20,000 nt of DNA from the NCBI GenBank assembly GCA_000934665.2, contig KZ538344.1, positions 61,392 to 81,391 of the forward strand, written 5' to 3'. This stretch comes from Catajapyx aquilonaris (taxonomy: Eukaryota). Both the position numbers and the translations under genes were made by a program. Under the pieces are notes generated by a model that ran no database searches, was not told where the DNA came from, and saw nothing but the letters and a program-made list of their open reading frames with translations. Below, one piece after another: positions 1-11,658 of the stretch. Position 1 is the first letter of the stretch. Each line of letters opens with the position of its first letter.

Positions 1-1500
1 GCTATAGATCCTGCCGGGAATTTACTAACTAGGGTTCATCATCCTGTCAGTTTTCGATAGCCCCGCCATCTTCCCTGCACCTCGATGATGACGAAAACTC
101 GTTAGTAATTCCGCAAAGAGAAATGCGGCAAAAAAAAGGGCAGAGGCTCGCAGTGACATTGGCTAAAAACATGCAGCGAGTTGGTGCAAACTTTTCCCTA
201 TTACTCCTCATACATTTTTGATTGCCAGTTTGAACGCTCCGTGCCGTTGTAATCAAGCGATTTCATTTATTCAGCCGAACGCAGCTTCATCTAGAGCAGC
301 AGAAGGGCGTGCTTCCTTACAAGCGTCTTTTGATGACGACCTCGTTAAAGTACAGCGAATAGAGGGAGAGGGGGATTTGCATGAAATTTATCCCTGATCC
401 TCCTCATACCGCCGAGTGGGTCTTCCAAACACCGTTCCATCGTCAAAACCGTCAACTTTTAATCAAGAATGATGGCGCAGCGAGGGTTGTCGTGATTAGA
501 TTGCAAGGGAGAGAATCACTTCATTTAATTGAGCGATTTCCTCTGGAAAGCTCGGCTTGTGCCTGAAAAGGTAACCAACTCTCTTGGTCGCCCTTTGCCC
601 AAAATCAGAGATGGCTGGAGTATAGTCCAAGGTGTCACAAATCTCCATTAAATATGATTAGTTGATAACCTCTCCCCGGCATCGGATGTCATCCTCTCCC
701 CATATTCTTATTTATATTCTTCTAATTACCAGAGTTGTAGGGATTTTCATCTCCTCGAGAAGCTTCCAATCTTCTAAAATTACATCCAACTTTCCGTCGC
801 CGTTGTGTCGTAAAACCTCATTTAATTTTAATTTTCTTTCGGCCGCGTTTCGTCTAATTCTATTCGTTTCCGGTAACGAGCTTTCATATGTAATCAAAAT
901 ATGGCTCACTGGAGATCCCTTGATCTTGCCCCAGTCCTTGCCACTACAACAACAAAGTAAATTACAGCAGTCCCCCAGGAATGCAAAGATGAAGAGCATC
1001 GTTAGAAGGAAGCAGCACTTGGAAATGGGCTTTACACAACTTGTACTTCAGTTATCATTAGTGCTGCTACAAGGAAAGCGCCACCTTGGAAATGACTAAC
1101 CAAACTGCACACTGTATATAAGCCTTGTGCTCCAGCCAGACTACATAATGCGCCCTATAATTTATGCGCCACCTCGCCTCGCTTCTTTGAATCCTCAGAT
1201 GCAAATTTATACACTAAATATAATTTGGCTCTTCTCCCTGCAAAACCACTGCATCCATTTTTTACACTGAATTCTTCTCTGGTTTGTGCTAACAGGTTGA
1301 TTACAATGCAAGTGTTACACAATTTATTGTCACTCTACTAGTCCAGACGTGGGAATCTAAAATGTCACGTTTGTATGGCTCGTGAAATGGGCTCAGGTAA
1401 TGTGTTTATATGACGCGGGAGTGCCACGTCAAGGTTAGCAAAAAAATGCACTTTATTCATCTTCGTTCCAATTGATACGAAAGTCATAATATACAGACAG

Positions 1501-1502
1501 TA

Positions 1503-1556
<54 letters not shown>

Positions 1557-1601
1557 CATCATCATCATCATCATTATTATTATCATTAATAATCATAGTT
1601 G

Positions 1602-1686
<85 letters not shown>

Positions 1687-1910
1687 CATCATTAATAATC
1701 ATAGTTGTTATTATTATTGTTGTTGTTATTATTATTATTATTATCATTAATAATCATAGTTGTTATTATTATTATTGTTATTATTATTGTTGTTGTTATT
1801 ATTATTATTGTTATTATTATTGTTGTTGTTATTATTATTATTGTTATTATTATTGTTGTTGTTATTATTATTATTGTTATTATTATTATTATTATTATTG
1901 TTATTATTAT
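1501..1910. repeat. Compound trinucleotide microsatellite (TAT)n with CAT/TGT variants and higher-order structure
   Basis: Long TAT runs interrupted by (CAT)n and TGT triplets. The block atcattaataatcatagttgtt recurs three times (about 1582, 1688, 1743), and the distal part has a roughly 30-bp higher-order repeat. This explains the poly-I/L/N/Y ORFs. Confidence 0.97.
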
Positions 1911-2464
1911 ACGCTCTGACAATCCCTGACATAATGAAAAACCAATGATGGTAGTTTCTATCCATTTACATGGCTTCCCCAATAAAGCTGCGTAATTTAT
2001 TCGCTTCAAGTTTCATAACAGTCTAACGGTACTTTGCTGATGAATAAGCAAAGAAATTACAGGCGATCAGGACACACACAAAAAACCATTCCCTGTAAAT
2101 CATGGGTGGTTGCCACACAAAGACTTGCTCAGTCCTAGAGAGAAAGTAGGTGTGAAGGCAATCCAGAAATTCCGTCACGAAAATACGTCCACATAAATAT
2201 CACGCCATCCCCCCTCCCCCAAAAAAAGGATAAAATAAAATAAAATAAATAAATAAAATGAAGATAGTAGAGTGCAACACACTTTGAGATGCAGGGTCCT
2301 GAAAGAAAGAGGCATCGAATTGGAATAAGCAGCAAGCCATACGTTAGACCAGCAATAATAGCCCCATAAACCGAAACCTGTACACTTCAGCCATAAAACC
2401 AGGAGAATATTGGATGACGACGGGGGTGAATTTCAAGAATGGATCCTGGAAGTATAGCAACAAG

Positions 2465-2494
2465 CCCCCCNNNNNNCCCCCCCCCCCCCCCCCC
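2465..2494. other. Assembly gap (6 N, 2471-2476) inside a poly-C run
   Basis: N characters flanked by C homopolymer. Confidence 0.95.
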
Positions 2495-5400
2495 TCATTG
2501 ATATATGGAACATGGCTGGCCCCTGTGACGTACGTGACGAGGCTTATTTCGCTCCTGGCAACAGGGAGCCGGCCATAAAACGCCGCCGTAGAGATATGCT
2601 CATCTATAAAACTTTATTTACAACCATAAAGAATTTTGTTGATAATTTTAAACCGGTTGGCAGCGCAGATAAGTTGATTGAATGGTCACTGGCATCAACG
2701 TTTGGCTACAGCAGGAATATTTCCAGACCTAAACTTGCATCATGTGTGTATAGAAATTGACCCGCCAGCATATGCTTCTATATCATCTGCAACTCGATTT
2801 TATATCTTTGCCGCGTCTCATTCCTTAAATCGGAGACACTCTGGGTGCCAAACGCAGCAAAATGTAGATTATTACTGACCTATTAAGCATGTGCTCTATA
2901 CATATAATAAAAAGGTTTCTACACCACATACAAGTATTTATACTGTATAAGCACCAAATCATTCCAGATTTCCACTCCAGATAACGTAACGGACTATGTG
3001 GCAACATTGAGCAGGAAATGCACTGATAGCCATTTAGCAGTAGCAAAATACTGTGTCATAAAATGATTTGTACCATACTATAGGCCTACACTATACTCCC
3101 GATTATCCGGGTGCGGACTATCCATGTTGCGGATTATCCGCAAACAAAGAAATATAATATAACAGACTTTCTTAGATGACAAACTAAAAATCTCAGGTAA
3201 GTTACACGGTGTTTTTCGTACCATTTCTACCATTGCCGCATACGACCTCGTGGAAATATGTCCAGCAGTAGCGAATACAAATCACGCAGAAGTATGAAAA
3301 GCTAAGAGATAGGGGGGAAATTTTAAAAAACCTTAATAATATCAACAAAAACATTCACAACAATCATAATAATTATGAAACTTAATTAGTTAATTCTTAT
3401 TATGATTGTTGCAGCCCTGCGCTTCGTGCGTCAAGGCGGATTTTACTTATCGCTGATATCGGCCGAAGTTGTTCTTTTTGTGTAGCTCTTTGCGTTGTTT
3501 GCGTGCGTTTACTGCGTTATATATGTAAAAATAAATATATTTTTGCAGTGCGACTTTATGCAAAAAAGAACGTTCATGCAAACCCTGACTTCCAGTGATG
3601 CGTTTTTTTCGCGCAAATGAATGAACAAAATTAGTCGGTAAAAAGTTTAGCTTTATTCTATGGGCATTTTCTATCTGCGATATATCATGTGTCTAATTAA
3701 ACTATAGTACCGGTACATGTAGTATGACAAGGTTATTAAAATTATGTGTGAAAATTGCAGTAAAATATTAGAAGCATCTCTCTGGTAATAATAACAACTT
3801 ATTAATTATTGCTCATCCATGTGTGTTTAACCTACGCATAACATTGTCAATAACACAATGGACAGGCAAAATGGTTTTTACACACTGGCAACCTTTCTCC
3901 TCCTGGCAACACTTCCTAAAAAGGAAGCGTACACGGGTACACTACAACTATACATCAGGCAGATATCGTGTCATTTGAAACAACACTCATTACCAGGGCG
4001 TCCATAAAAGCATGACTCGTAAGGAAGCTGTCACATTAATTCTTTTACAAATCCCTGATGCACACCGGGGTCACCTACAGTTGTGCCATGGTTAGTTAAC
4101 CATCGTCGGACCAGTGTAAAAAACGAGCCAGTTTAAATGGCTTCGTAATTGGCTCTTTCCTAAACAACTTATATAGGGGAAAGGGAGGAAAGAGAGGGGG
4201 AAGGGCAAAAATATACTGTAACTTTTATACATATAGAAAGAAAATATTATAACAGAAACCTGTTTTATGTACAACAGGAAAAGCATTACACACACAATTT
4301 CTGGTGTTTTACTTACTGGTGTGTATTTACCGCCATTTTTGGCACTCGTGCAATGGGTTCTACAATCAAAACTGTATACATGTATTTTGTTTCAGAAGGA
4401 GAGAGTTTATGTGTCTTTCGTTGTGTAAACACGATCACTATGATTAAACTATCTGCAGTTAAATCTTACTGATCATATACCGTAATGTGGCAATGTACAA
4501 CATGTCCTGATAATGACAAAAATCCAGACAAACAGACTCAGGAGTAAATAATATTAACTAATTAATATTTGGTTTCACAAACATGATATGAGTCTCTTTG
4601 TCTTTGGTATTTTGAAAATCTGGCAACAATGCTCTAGGCTTAGCTGTTCGCTAGGAGAAATGAGCTAACCATCAAAATTTCTCAATAAAAATGGGACTGG
4701 ACAAGTTCCTCGCTTAGTCATACATCAAGTGGACCTGCAGCCAACAATAAAGCTCAAACTTTCTCTAAAACCTTACAGACATCACGTATAACAACCTCTC
4801 CTTTCAATTTGTAGCCTACCCTTAACTAGACCACTCCTCAGATCTCACTTGAACACCTTTCATGCCTAGAGAAAATGTGCATGAATCCGGATCCAAAGTG
4901 AAGCCAAGATCCGCCCTAATATCCCTGCAGATGGTGCAACTAAGGAAACGGAAACCAGATCCATTTCTATGCCCCCCCCCCCCTCCTACTCCCTCTCACC
5001 TTATACCAATCAGGGCCATCTTTCCATTAACTCAGACTGCGGCCTACACAAAATCCGCCCTATAACTACTACCTTTCCTTCACCTTTTTTTAATGAAAGA
5101 GGGAACGAGGGCCTACTGGAATACACGTTTTTGTTATGGAAAAATTAGGCGTGGCCATATCAGTAACGGGAGGAGGGTCAATTTTTACCTGAAACTAGCG
5201 CAGCCAATCAATCTGCCGGATTATTTTCTCAACTGTCGGATCCGGTGTACTCCCAGCACTGGAAAGAGGGGAGGAATGGAAGGAAGGAAATGAGCTGTTT
5301 GTTAGTAAATACGGGGGCTTTCTATAGACAAAAATGTGGAGTACTGCTGGCACAAACAAAAAGAGGGGAAGGAGCAGACATACTCATTACTTATAACGGT

Positions 5401-7340
5401 AGGTAATACACTGTAATATTTTATTTCCGACATGTGTTTGGTCTGGTTTCCTACAGCAAGTAAAGAGCCCAATTATTGCCAGGGTAATGCAGGTGCACGT
5501 TGTATTTATAGCGAATAATTCAAAAGAAAAATTCTCAATAGAGACGTCTATTTGACAAGATGACGTATAGTATTATTCAGCTAGAATATGTTTTTTTTTT
5601 AAATGAGCTGAAACTAATGATGTTGCGATACACATCTGCCATTTCGGAAGGTTTGGTAAAGGGAATTTGCTACCTAAAAGGTGTGTGCTTCTGTAAACCT
5701 CTCCCATCTAAATATCCTGCTTCCACTAATCAAGGCTTGATTAACGCTTCTTGAACCATGAAGCTTTAAAAAAAAAAAAATCTCACGTTCTTATCGCCCA
5801 TTAGACGACACAATATTAATGATCCGTGAGAATACGAAAGGAAATTGTTGGGATCTAGTAGCTAAAGAGTGTAGGTACTAATTAGACATAGTTTTGAGAG
5901 ACATTCGTACAAGAAGGGCTCACATTTCGTTCCGCTATGCACTGAAAAAACAGGGTGTTAGGGGGCAGGAGGGGGGGGGGGGAGTGGCGCCCACAGGTTG
6001 AATTCCAAGGCTTGCGAGGATTGAATGTCGGAAGAGAAAGAAGAACACATAATTGCATACATTTTTGCAACCCGGTCGTTCCATGGTGCGATTTTCCACG
6101 CCTAGTCAACACCCAAGGGGCAAATAATTTCGCTGTTCATCTGCCCAATATTGTGTCGCGGGTTTTGCATACCGATTGCCCAATACCTTGGCCGCACCCC
6201 TTCTTTGCATCAAATCAGAGTCTCACAGCACGTTTTGTGTACGGGCCCAGCCTATGAACCGCCAAGGGGTACTCGTGTCGTTACCCCATTTCTCGAGAGA
6301 CATTTACCACTCATTCGAACAGGTTTCTCAATGAATGCTTTCGCCTACTTTATTATTAATTTCTGTAAATTCTATGTCAATCTGAAACCCTGATGAGCTA
6401 TTTTTATGGATTCGACTGGAAATTGTGTTATTTAAATCGTAAAAAAATGCAATTATTGTTTGGTACTAGTACAATACAGTACACTAAGCCTGGAGAACTC
6501 ACAATGGTGAAGTGTGGTCCCCGTAGTGACATCTTCTGAGAGTGTGAGGGCTTACGTGGAGAAATGAAACGCCACACCAGGTTTCCATCTCTCAGCTTTT
6601 TTCAGAACTTCCTCGGTTCTCATATTATAGCGGCCTAAAGTTCGAGGCGCGGAGGAGCTTCCACGCACTCACACAAACTCATAACAATTTTATTATACAG
6701 TGGGCATACATGTGAAATTGAGAAATTGAATAAATTGAGTAAATTCAAAACACCAGTTTCAAGCTATTCCAAATCAAAAAAATTTCCTGGACCTTACTTG
6801 CTAGTGGAAACAGAAAATCAGGAATTGGTGGCTCATTGTGAATCTTTTAGAGTGTAGGCAATTAGAATGCCTTCAAGTAGTTTTTTTTTTTTTTAATCCC
6901 ACGTATCAACTACAGGTAGCGCCGGACGACGATGTGTTCATCATGTTGCATATACCAGTCGGAAAGAATTCTCCTCTGATTCACGCGATCGACAAAATGA
7001 TATTGAGTATTTTGAAAAATGGCATATTTTTGGCACATACCCTGCGATTCACAGTTGCCATTGCTCGGTGTAAAGTGGAATAAAGTTATAGACCCTAGAC
7101 TACAAAAATGTACAAAGCAGTCAATGAGACGCTCCAGTAGGTCCCGATTTCACTTGGACAAGCACAGAACAATTCGCATACCTTGAAAATGCAACCAGTC
7201 GAGATATGGAAAAGAGGAAAAGGGATATAAATGCGCACAAAATTATAGGGTGTGGGGTACCTAGCCCCTACTATTGCAATGTCATGGCTCCTCTTGCACA
7301 CATAGTATCTTAATTAATTAGGGTTTTTAATGCCCAACAG

Positions 7341-7678
7341 GGGGGAGGTGTGGTGGCCGAGATGGTAACGTCTCGGCTTGCTGAGTGAAAGGCCCCAGGT
7401 TCGATCCCCGCCTGGGGAACTTTCCTTTCACCTGCGTCAGGAGGGTCTCTGACCTGCACCAAGGAGGTGTCTGGCAACCTAGCCTCCTGGGGAACAGCAC
7501 ATGACCCCTTTATCGACATTGCACTTGCACTCGTGTCCCCTCCCAGAAAATCCCTATCCTTGCCCAATTTCCTTGATTCCTTGCACCGAAGTTGAGAAAA
7601 TTGAAAAAATCAAATAAATAATGGTTCATGCGATATACCCCCGTTTGGGGGTGAAAGCATTACCCACTATTATTATTA
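7341..7678 (+). mobile_element. tRNA-derived SINE, full length (SINE A)
   Basis: A box tggccgagatgg (about 7354-7365), B box ggttcgatccc (7398-7408), (TAT)n tail, and a 15-bp target-site duplication ttaatgcccaacagg at 7327-7341 and 7679-7693. A second copy of the head and body lies at 8853 to about 8608. Confidence 0.92.
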
Positions 7679-7863
7679 TTAATGCCCAACAGGAGGCATT
7701 TATAATTACATTATAATTATAACAAAAATCAGCATTTTTGTCCTTCGAAATTAATTGCTATTTGCATGCTCCTTAGGTCACTGGTAACTCACAATGACAT
7801 TTCATTCTCTCTGAATTTTCTTAAACATTGTGGCTGTCAAAGAATCAAAGTCATAGAAATATT

Positions 7864-8971
7864 GGGGACATTCCGAATCAAGTGGGCCGAAATGTTGCTT
7901 GACCCTCTCTGATTTTGGTGGAAAAAAACACAGAAGTGCACACATATTCCATAACGCTAAATATCAACTTTCATCCATATTGCTCAATAGCATGAGGAGG
8001 GGTAAATTCGTGAAATTTCGGAAAGGGCTAAAAATTATGCTTTTTTGGAAAAACTTTTTTGGTTAGTGGAATTGGTCAAAACCCAGTAAACGTAGATACC
8101 AAATGACGTAGAAAAATGCAACTATGAAATTAATACATTCTCCTCAAAAATGTAAGCAGAAAAACGTGTGCCATTCGTTCTACTCGTCATATGCTCAGTC
8201 ACATGTCCAAGAATTTCGACTCCGATAAATTAGTGGTGTGTTTGCGTAGCATCAGCCATATTTGGTGACATGAGTTATGACCCACATAAGGTTTAATATC
8301 ATGTTCAATTTGAAACCAGGTATATGCATGGTTTGCGAGAGAATATGAGGGATGTTTTGCAGATTAATCACTAATTTTAGGGGGCACAAATTCTGAGATA
8401 TGTGACCGATGGAATGCCACACATTTTTCTGGTTATATATTCGAGTAAATCTAATTCTAGAGTTGCATTCTCCTTTTCTTCCTCCGTCTTTTGATGTACA
8501 TAATTTTTTTAAATATATATATACCCCGTGCTAGGCATCAAAGGCCTCTTTGGGGGGTGGCACACCACCATCAGTTTTCTCTGTGTTTTTACACTTTTCT
8601 TCATTCACCGGTGCAAGGAGTCAAGGATGTCGGGTAGGGGTAGGGATTTTTTGGGGAGGGAACATAGGTGCAAGTGCAATGTCTACAAATGGGTCATGTG
8701 CTGTCCCCCAGGAGGTTAGGTTGCCAGACACCTCCTTGGTGCAGGTCAGAGACCCTCCTGACGCAGGTGAAAGGAAAGTTCCCCAGGCGGGGATCGAACC
8801 TGGGGCCTTTCACTCAACAAGACGAGACCCATCACGGCCACCACACCTCCCCCTTTGATGTACATAATATTATATTCGTTGGGGTTTGATCTCTAGCTTC
8901 CACTTGCCAAAAACAATATTCTCCAAGGGTTCATTTTAAGGCCGTTTCAAAATTTCGGCTAGGTTCCCCTT
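7864..8971. mobile_element. Old degenerate foldback/TIR DNA element, interrupted in its right arm by SINE B
   Basis: About 7997-8270 aligns loosely with the reverse complement of about 8330-8504 plus 8869-8971 (shared blocks gaaattt, ttttgg..agtggaa, aatgcaact, agaaaaa.gtgtg.cattc, gtcacat, aaattagtg). The start at 7864, ggggacattcc...ccctctctgattttg, resembles the terminus of the 9564-11741 foldback. Confidence 0.55.
8505..8853 (-). mobile_element. tRNA-derived SINE, full length (SINE B; same head and body as SINE A, different tail)
   Basis: Reverse-complement match to SINE A over about 250 bp including the B box ggttcgatccc. It has a (TA)n/A tail and a 15-bp TSD tttgatgtacataat at 8490-8504 and 8854-8868. 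Confidence 0.92.
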
Positions 8972-9362
8972 TACACAGTACTGTACTGTACGTAGTCAAC
9001 TTACGAACACCCTGTATGTACGAATTTTTAGCCATTTCCCTTTTTCCCACATCTTGAGTGCTAATAGGCCATTTAGGTTCTAACACCCGAAATATAGGCA
9101 TTTTTAGGTTCTATAAAACTGCGATATTTGAGGTCCTTGTGTTATGAAACGGATATATATTTTGGTTCCAGCGCTCTGCCTACGAAATAAAAAGTAGGCA
9201 AAAACCTGGAAATCCGTTCTCTAGTAATAACAAACAGGTAGGCTATGGGCTGCATAGATTACTATAGTACTTACAAAATGATTTTGTGGAAGAGAAGTAA
9301 TTTAATTCAAGATCTTCATTTTGGACAATCCTGTATCAGGAGGAAATGTAGCTAAAATCCAT

Positions 9363-9443
9363 GGGTCGAATTTTCGTCGTACTACTTGTTACTTTTAACT
9401 TTACTGGTACTAAAGTAACTACAGCACGACGAAAATTCGACCC
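9363..9443. mobile_element. 81-bp hairpin MITE-like element
   Basis: Inverted repeat gggtcgaattttcgtcgt...gttacttt / aaagtaac...acgacgaaaattcgaccc with the first 18 bp perfect and a short spacer. No convincing TSD. Confidence 0.65.
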
Positions 9444-9654
9444 AATGGCTCGATTAGAAGTAAGTATGGGCGCAGGCGACATTGGTTTAACATATATCTA
9501 AACTCAAAAAAATTGCCCACATCATCATCAGGTAGATTGAGCCAAGAAAAATCATGTTCTCCTGTCATTCCATGTCAGTATACAGACAAGTTGGTGGCTC
9601 TACCATCTCAGAATTTGATATAAAAAATCATGTACGTACACACACATGAGCTGT

Positions 9655-9906
9655 CACGTCGCTGTGGAGTCAAAACCACGTAACTCGAATAATACTAATT
9701 TTTCAGGAGAGCAAAAAAAATATAAAAAATAAAATACACTTGCATTGAGATTTAATTGCTTCACTTGGCCATATCTTCGCTCCTATTGGGCAAAAAATTA
9801 CGCCGTTTTGATGGCAGATGCAGCGCAAAATCCCCGATTATCAGGATCAAAAACCCGAAATCGGCCGAAAAGCGAGTTACGCGGTTTTGACTGCACAGCG
9901 ACGTAA
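9655..9906. mobile_element. 252-bp MITE nested in the left arm of the foldback
   Basis: 32-bp TIRs acgtcgctgtg(g/c)agtcaaaacc(a/g)cgtaactcg at 9656-9687 and 9873-9904. The right arm of the foldback preserves the empty site (gagctgttgctaa), implying a 2-bp GT duplication (9653-9654 / 9907-9908). Confidence 0.85.
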
Positions 9907-11040
9907 GTTGCTAAAAACGAAATTAGAGCCACCCAGGTGAAGATCCCACGGAGATATGGCAACGTCTTTCGGCAACAATGGAGCCGGACTGACAATTTAT
10001 TTCAGGTAGAGTTCTTGTTGTAACCCCGTGATCATGTATATCAAATGAACCGGAGTGAAATGAGGAATATTGTGGTGGCAACAGCAACAGGTTTAACCTA
10101 GAACGCAAAATAAAAATTCTAAAAAATGCAAAAATGGCACATTTCCGATTGCCCAATGTCGCTGTTAAACACATGCTAGGAGTGTTAAATTAATATGGTA
10201 GGTACATTGTCATGTGGTCCTTACTACTGTATAAGGAAAACAATACAGGTCAAGTAGTCTTGGAAATAATAAATCCTGAAATTCCATTTTTCTGTAAGTT
10301 GGGTCATCTTTGAGGTCATTTTTCTCAATGTGGGACTGGGCCGATTTTAAGTTACAAGAGTTACAAGAAGCGTCTTTCCATGCTTGACCCCGGATATATA
10401 AGAACTATTCTGCCCCCTCAGCGGGTCACCCGCAGAACATTTTAAAATTCTCCTATAACCTACTCTACGTTATTTGGCGCTGTATTTAATGTGTTGCGGG
10501 AGAACCGCTCAGGTGGAAGAATAGTTCTTATATATCCGGGATCAAGCATGGAAAGACGCTTCTTTTAAGACGTGTAATTTTAAAATAGGTCCAGTCCCAC
10601 ATTGAGAAAAATGACCTCAAAGATGACAAACTTACAGAAAAATGGAATTTCAGGATTTATTATTTCCAAGACTGCTTGACCTGTATTGTTTTCATTATAC
10701 AGTAGTAAGGACCGCATGACAATGTACCTACCATATTAATTTAACACTCCTAGCATGTGTTTAACAGTGACATTGGGCCATCGGAAATGTGCCATTTTTG
10801 CACAAAAATGCGAATTTTTAAGAATTTTTATTTTGCGTTCTAGGTTAAAACTGTTGCCACCACAATATTACTAATTTCATTCCGGTTCATTTGATATATA
10901 TGATCACGGGGTTACAACAAGAACTCTACCTGAAATAAATTGTCAGTTCGGCTCCATTGTTGCCGAAAGACGTTGCCATATCTCCGTGGGATTTTTACCT
11001 GGGTGGCTCAAATTCCGTTTTTAGCAACAGCTCATGTGTA

Positions 11041-11329
11041 CGGGTCTTCAATTAGCTCTGGGGACGGAAATGAGACTTTTAACTGTAACTGTGAGGACGT
11101 TTTCAAATAGTGGGGACATTTCTCGTCCCCACAATTGAGTTCACCGGTAGGGTACATACATAGTGGGGACATGTCCCCACAATTGGGTCTGTTTAAAAAC
11201 CCTTTATCTCAGCCTAGGTTAGGTTAGGTTAGGTTAGGTTAGGTTAGGTCAGGTTAGGTCAGGTCATGTTAGGATAAACTAGGTTTCAAAAGTTGTGTTA
11301 CCCATGTCCCCACAGCCTATGGCGTGCAA

Positions 11330-11362
<33 letters not shown>
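11041..11362 (+). mobile_element. Small non-coding element 1 with internal (TTAGG)n array, GTGGGGAC/GTCCCCAC inverted motifs and terminal (TG)15
   Basis: Absent from the left foldback arm. It has repeated gtggggac/gtccccac palindromic motifs (about 11111-11131, 11163-11180, 11304-11313), a TTAGG/TCAGG array at about 11215-11273, and ends in aacatg followed by (TG)15 at 11333-11362. Confidence 0.75.
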
Positions 11363-11363
<1 letters not shown>

Positions 11364-11658
11364 TCAGACATTGCTATCCTTGTGAGGATTTTTTCGCTTG
11401 TTTCCTATCCTTGTGAGGACCGAAAACCTTACGAGGACTTTTTTCAGGCCCTCATAAGGTACACAGTCCTCACAAGGATGGCGGAAAATCAAACCAAGAC
11501 CTCCTTTTTACTGTGAAAAAATAGGTCACCAAAATATCGTGTTTTTTGTAGGTTAGGTTAGGTTAGGTTAGGTTAGGTTAGGTTAGTTTTAAATTTTTAT
11601 TTTTGCCAGACCCTCACAAGGATAGCACATTATAACATGCGTGTGTGTGTGTGTGTGT
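11363..11658 (+). mobile_element. Small non-coding element 2 with internal (TTAGG)n array, 16-bp subterminal inverted repeats and terminal (GT)9
   Basis: Perfect inverted repeat tgctatccttgtgagg (11372-11387) / cctcacaaggatagca (11612-11627), with more ccttgtgagg/cctcacaagg motifs inside. Pure TTAGG array at 11549-11586; ends in aacatgc followed by (GT)9. Confidence 0.78.

Noticed and set aside
660..999. Minus-strand charged ORF that might be a LINE ORF1 remnant
   Set aside because: No diagnostic motif recognised; needs a profile search
1365..2009. ORFs with poly-I, poly-L, poly-N and poly-Y tracts
   Set aside because: Translations of the TAT microsatellite
3092..3142. Repeated gattatccg motifs resembling a pogo/Tigger-type TIR
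   Set aside because: No partner TIR or TA-flanked terminus identified, so boundaries cannot be supported
6385..6430. Hammerhead ribozyme suggested by ctgatgag...gaaa
   Set aside because: No convincing stem II or flanking helices
7341..7420. Functional tRNA gene (also at about 8780-8853 and 12430-12500)
   Set aside because: The tRNA-like heads continue into SINE bodies with tails and TSDs
11215..11586. True telomere or chromosome fusion site
   Set aside because: The arrays are short, on the same strand, and embedded in small elements inside a foldback arm
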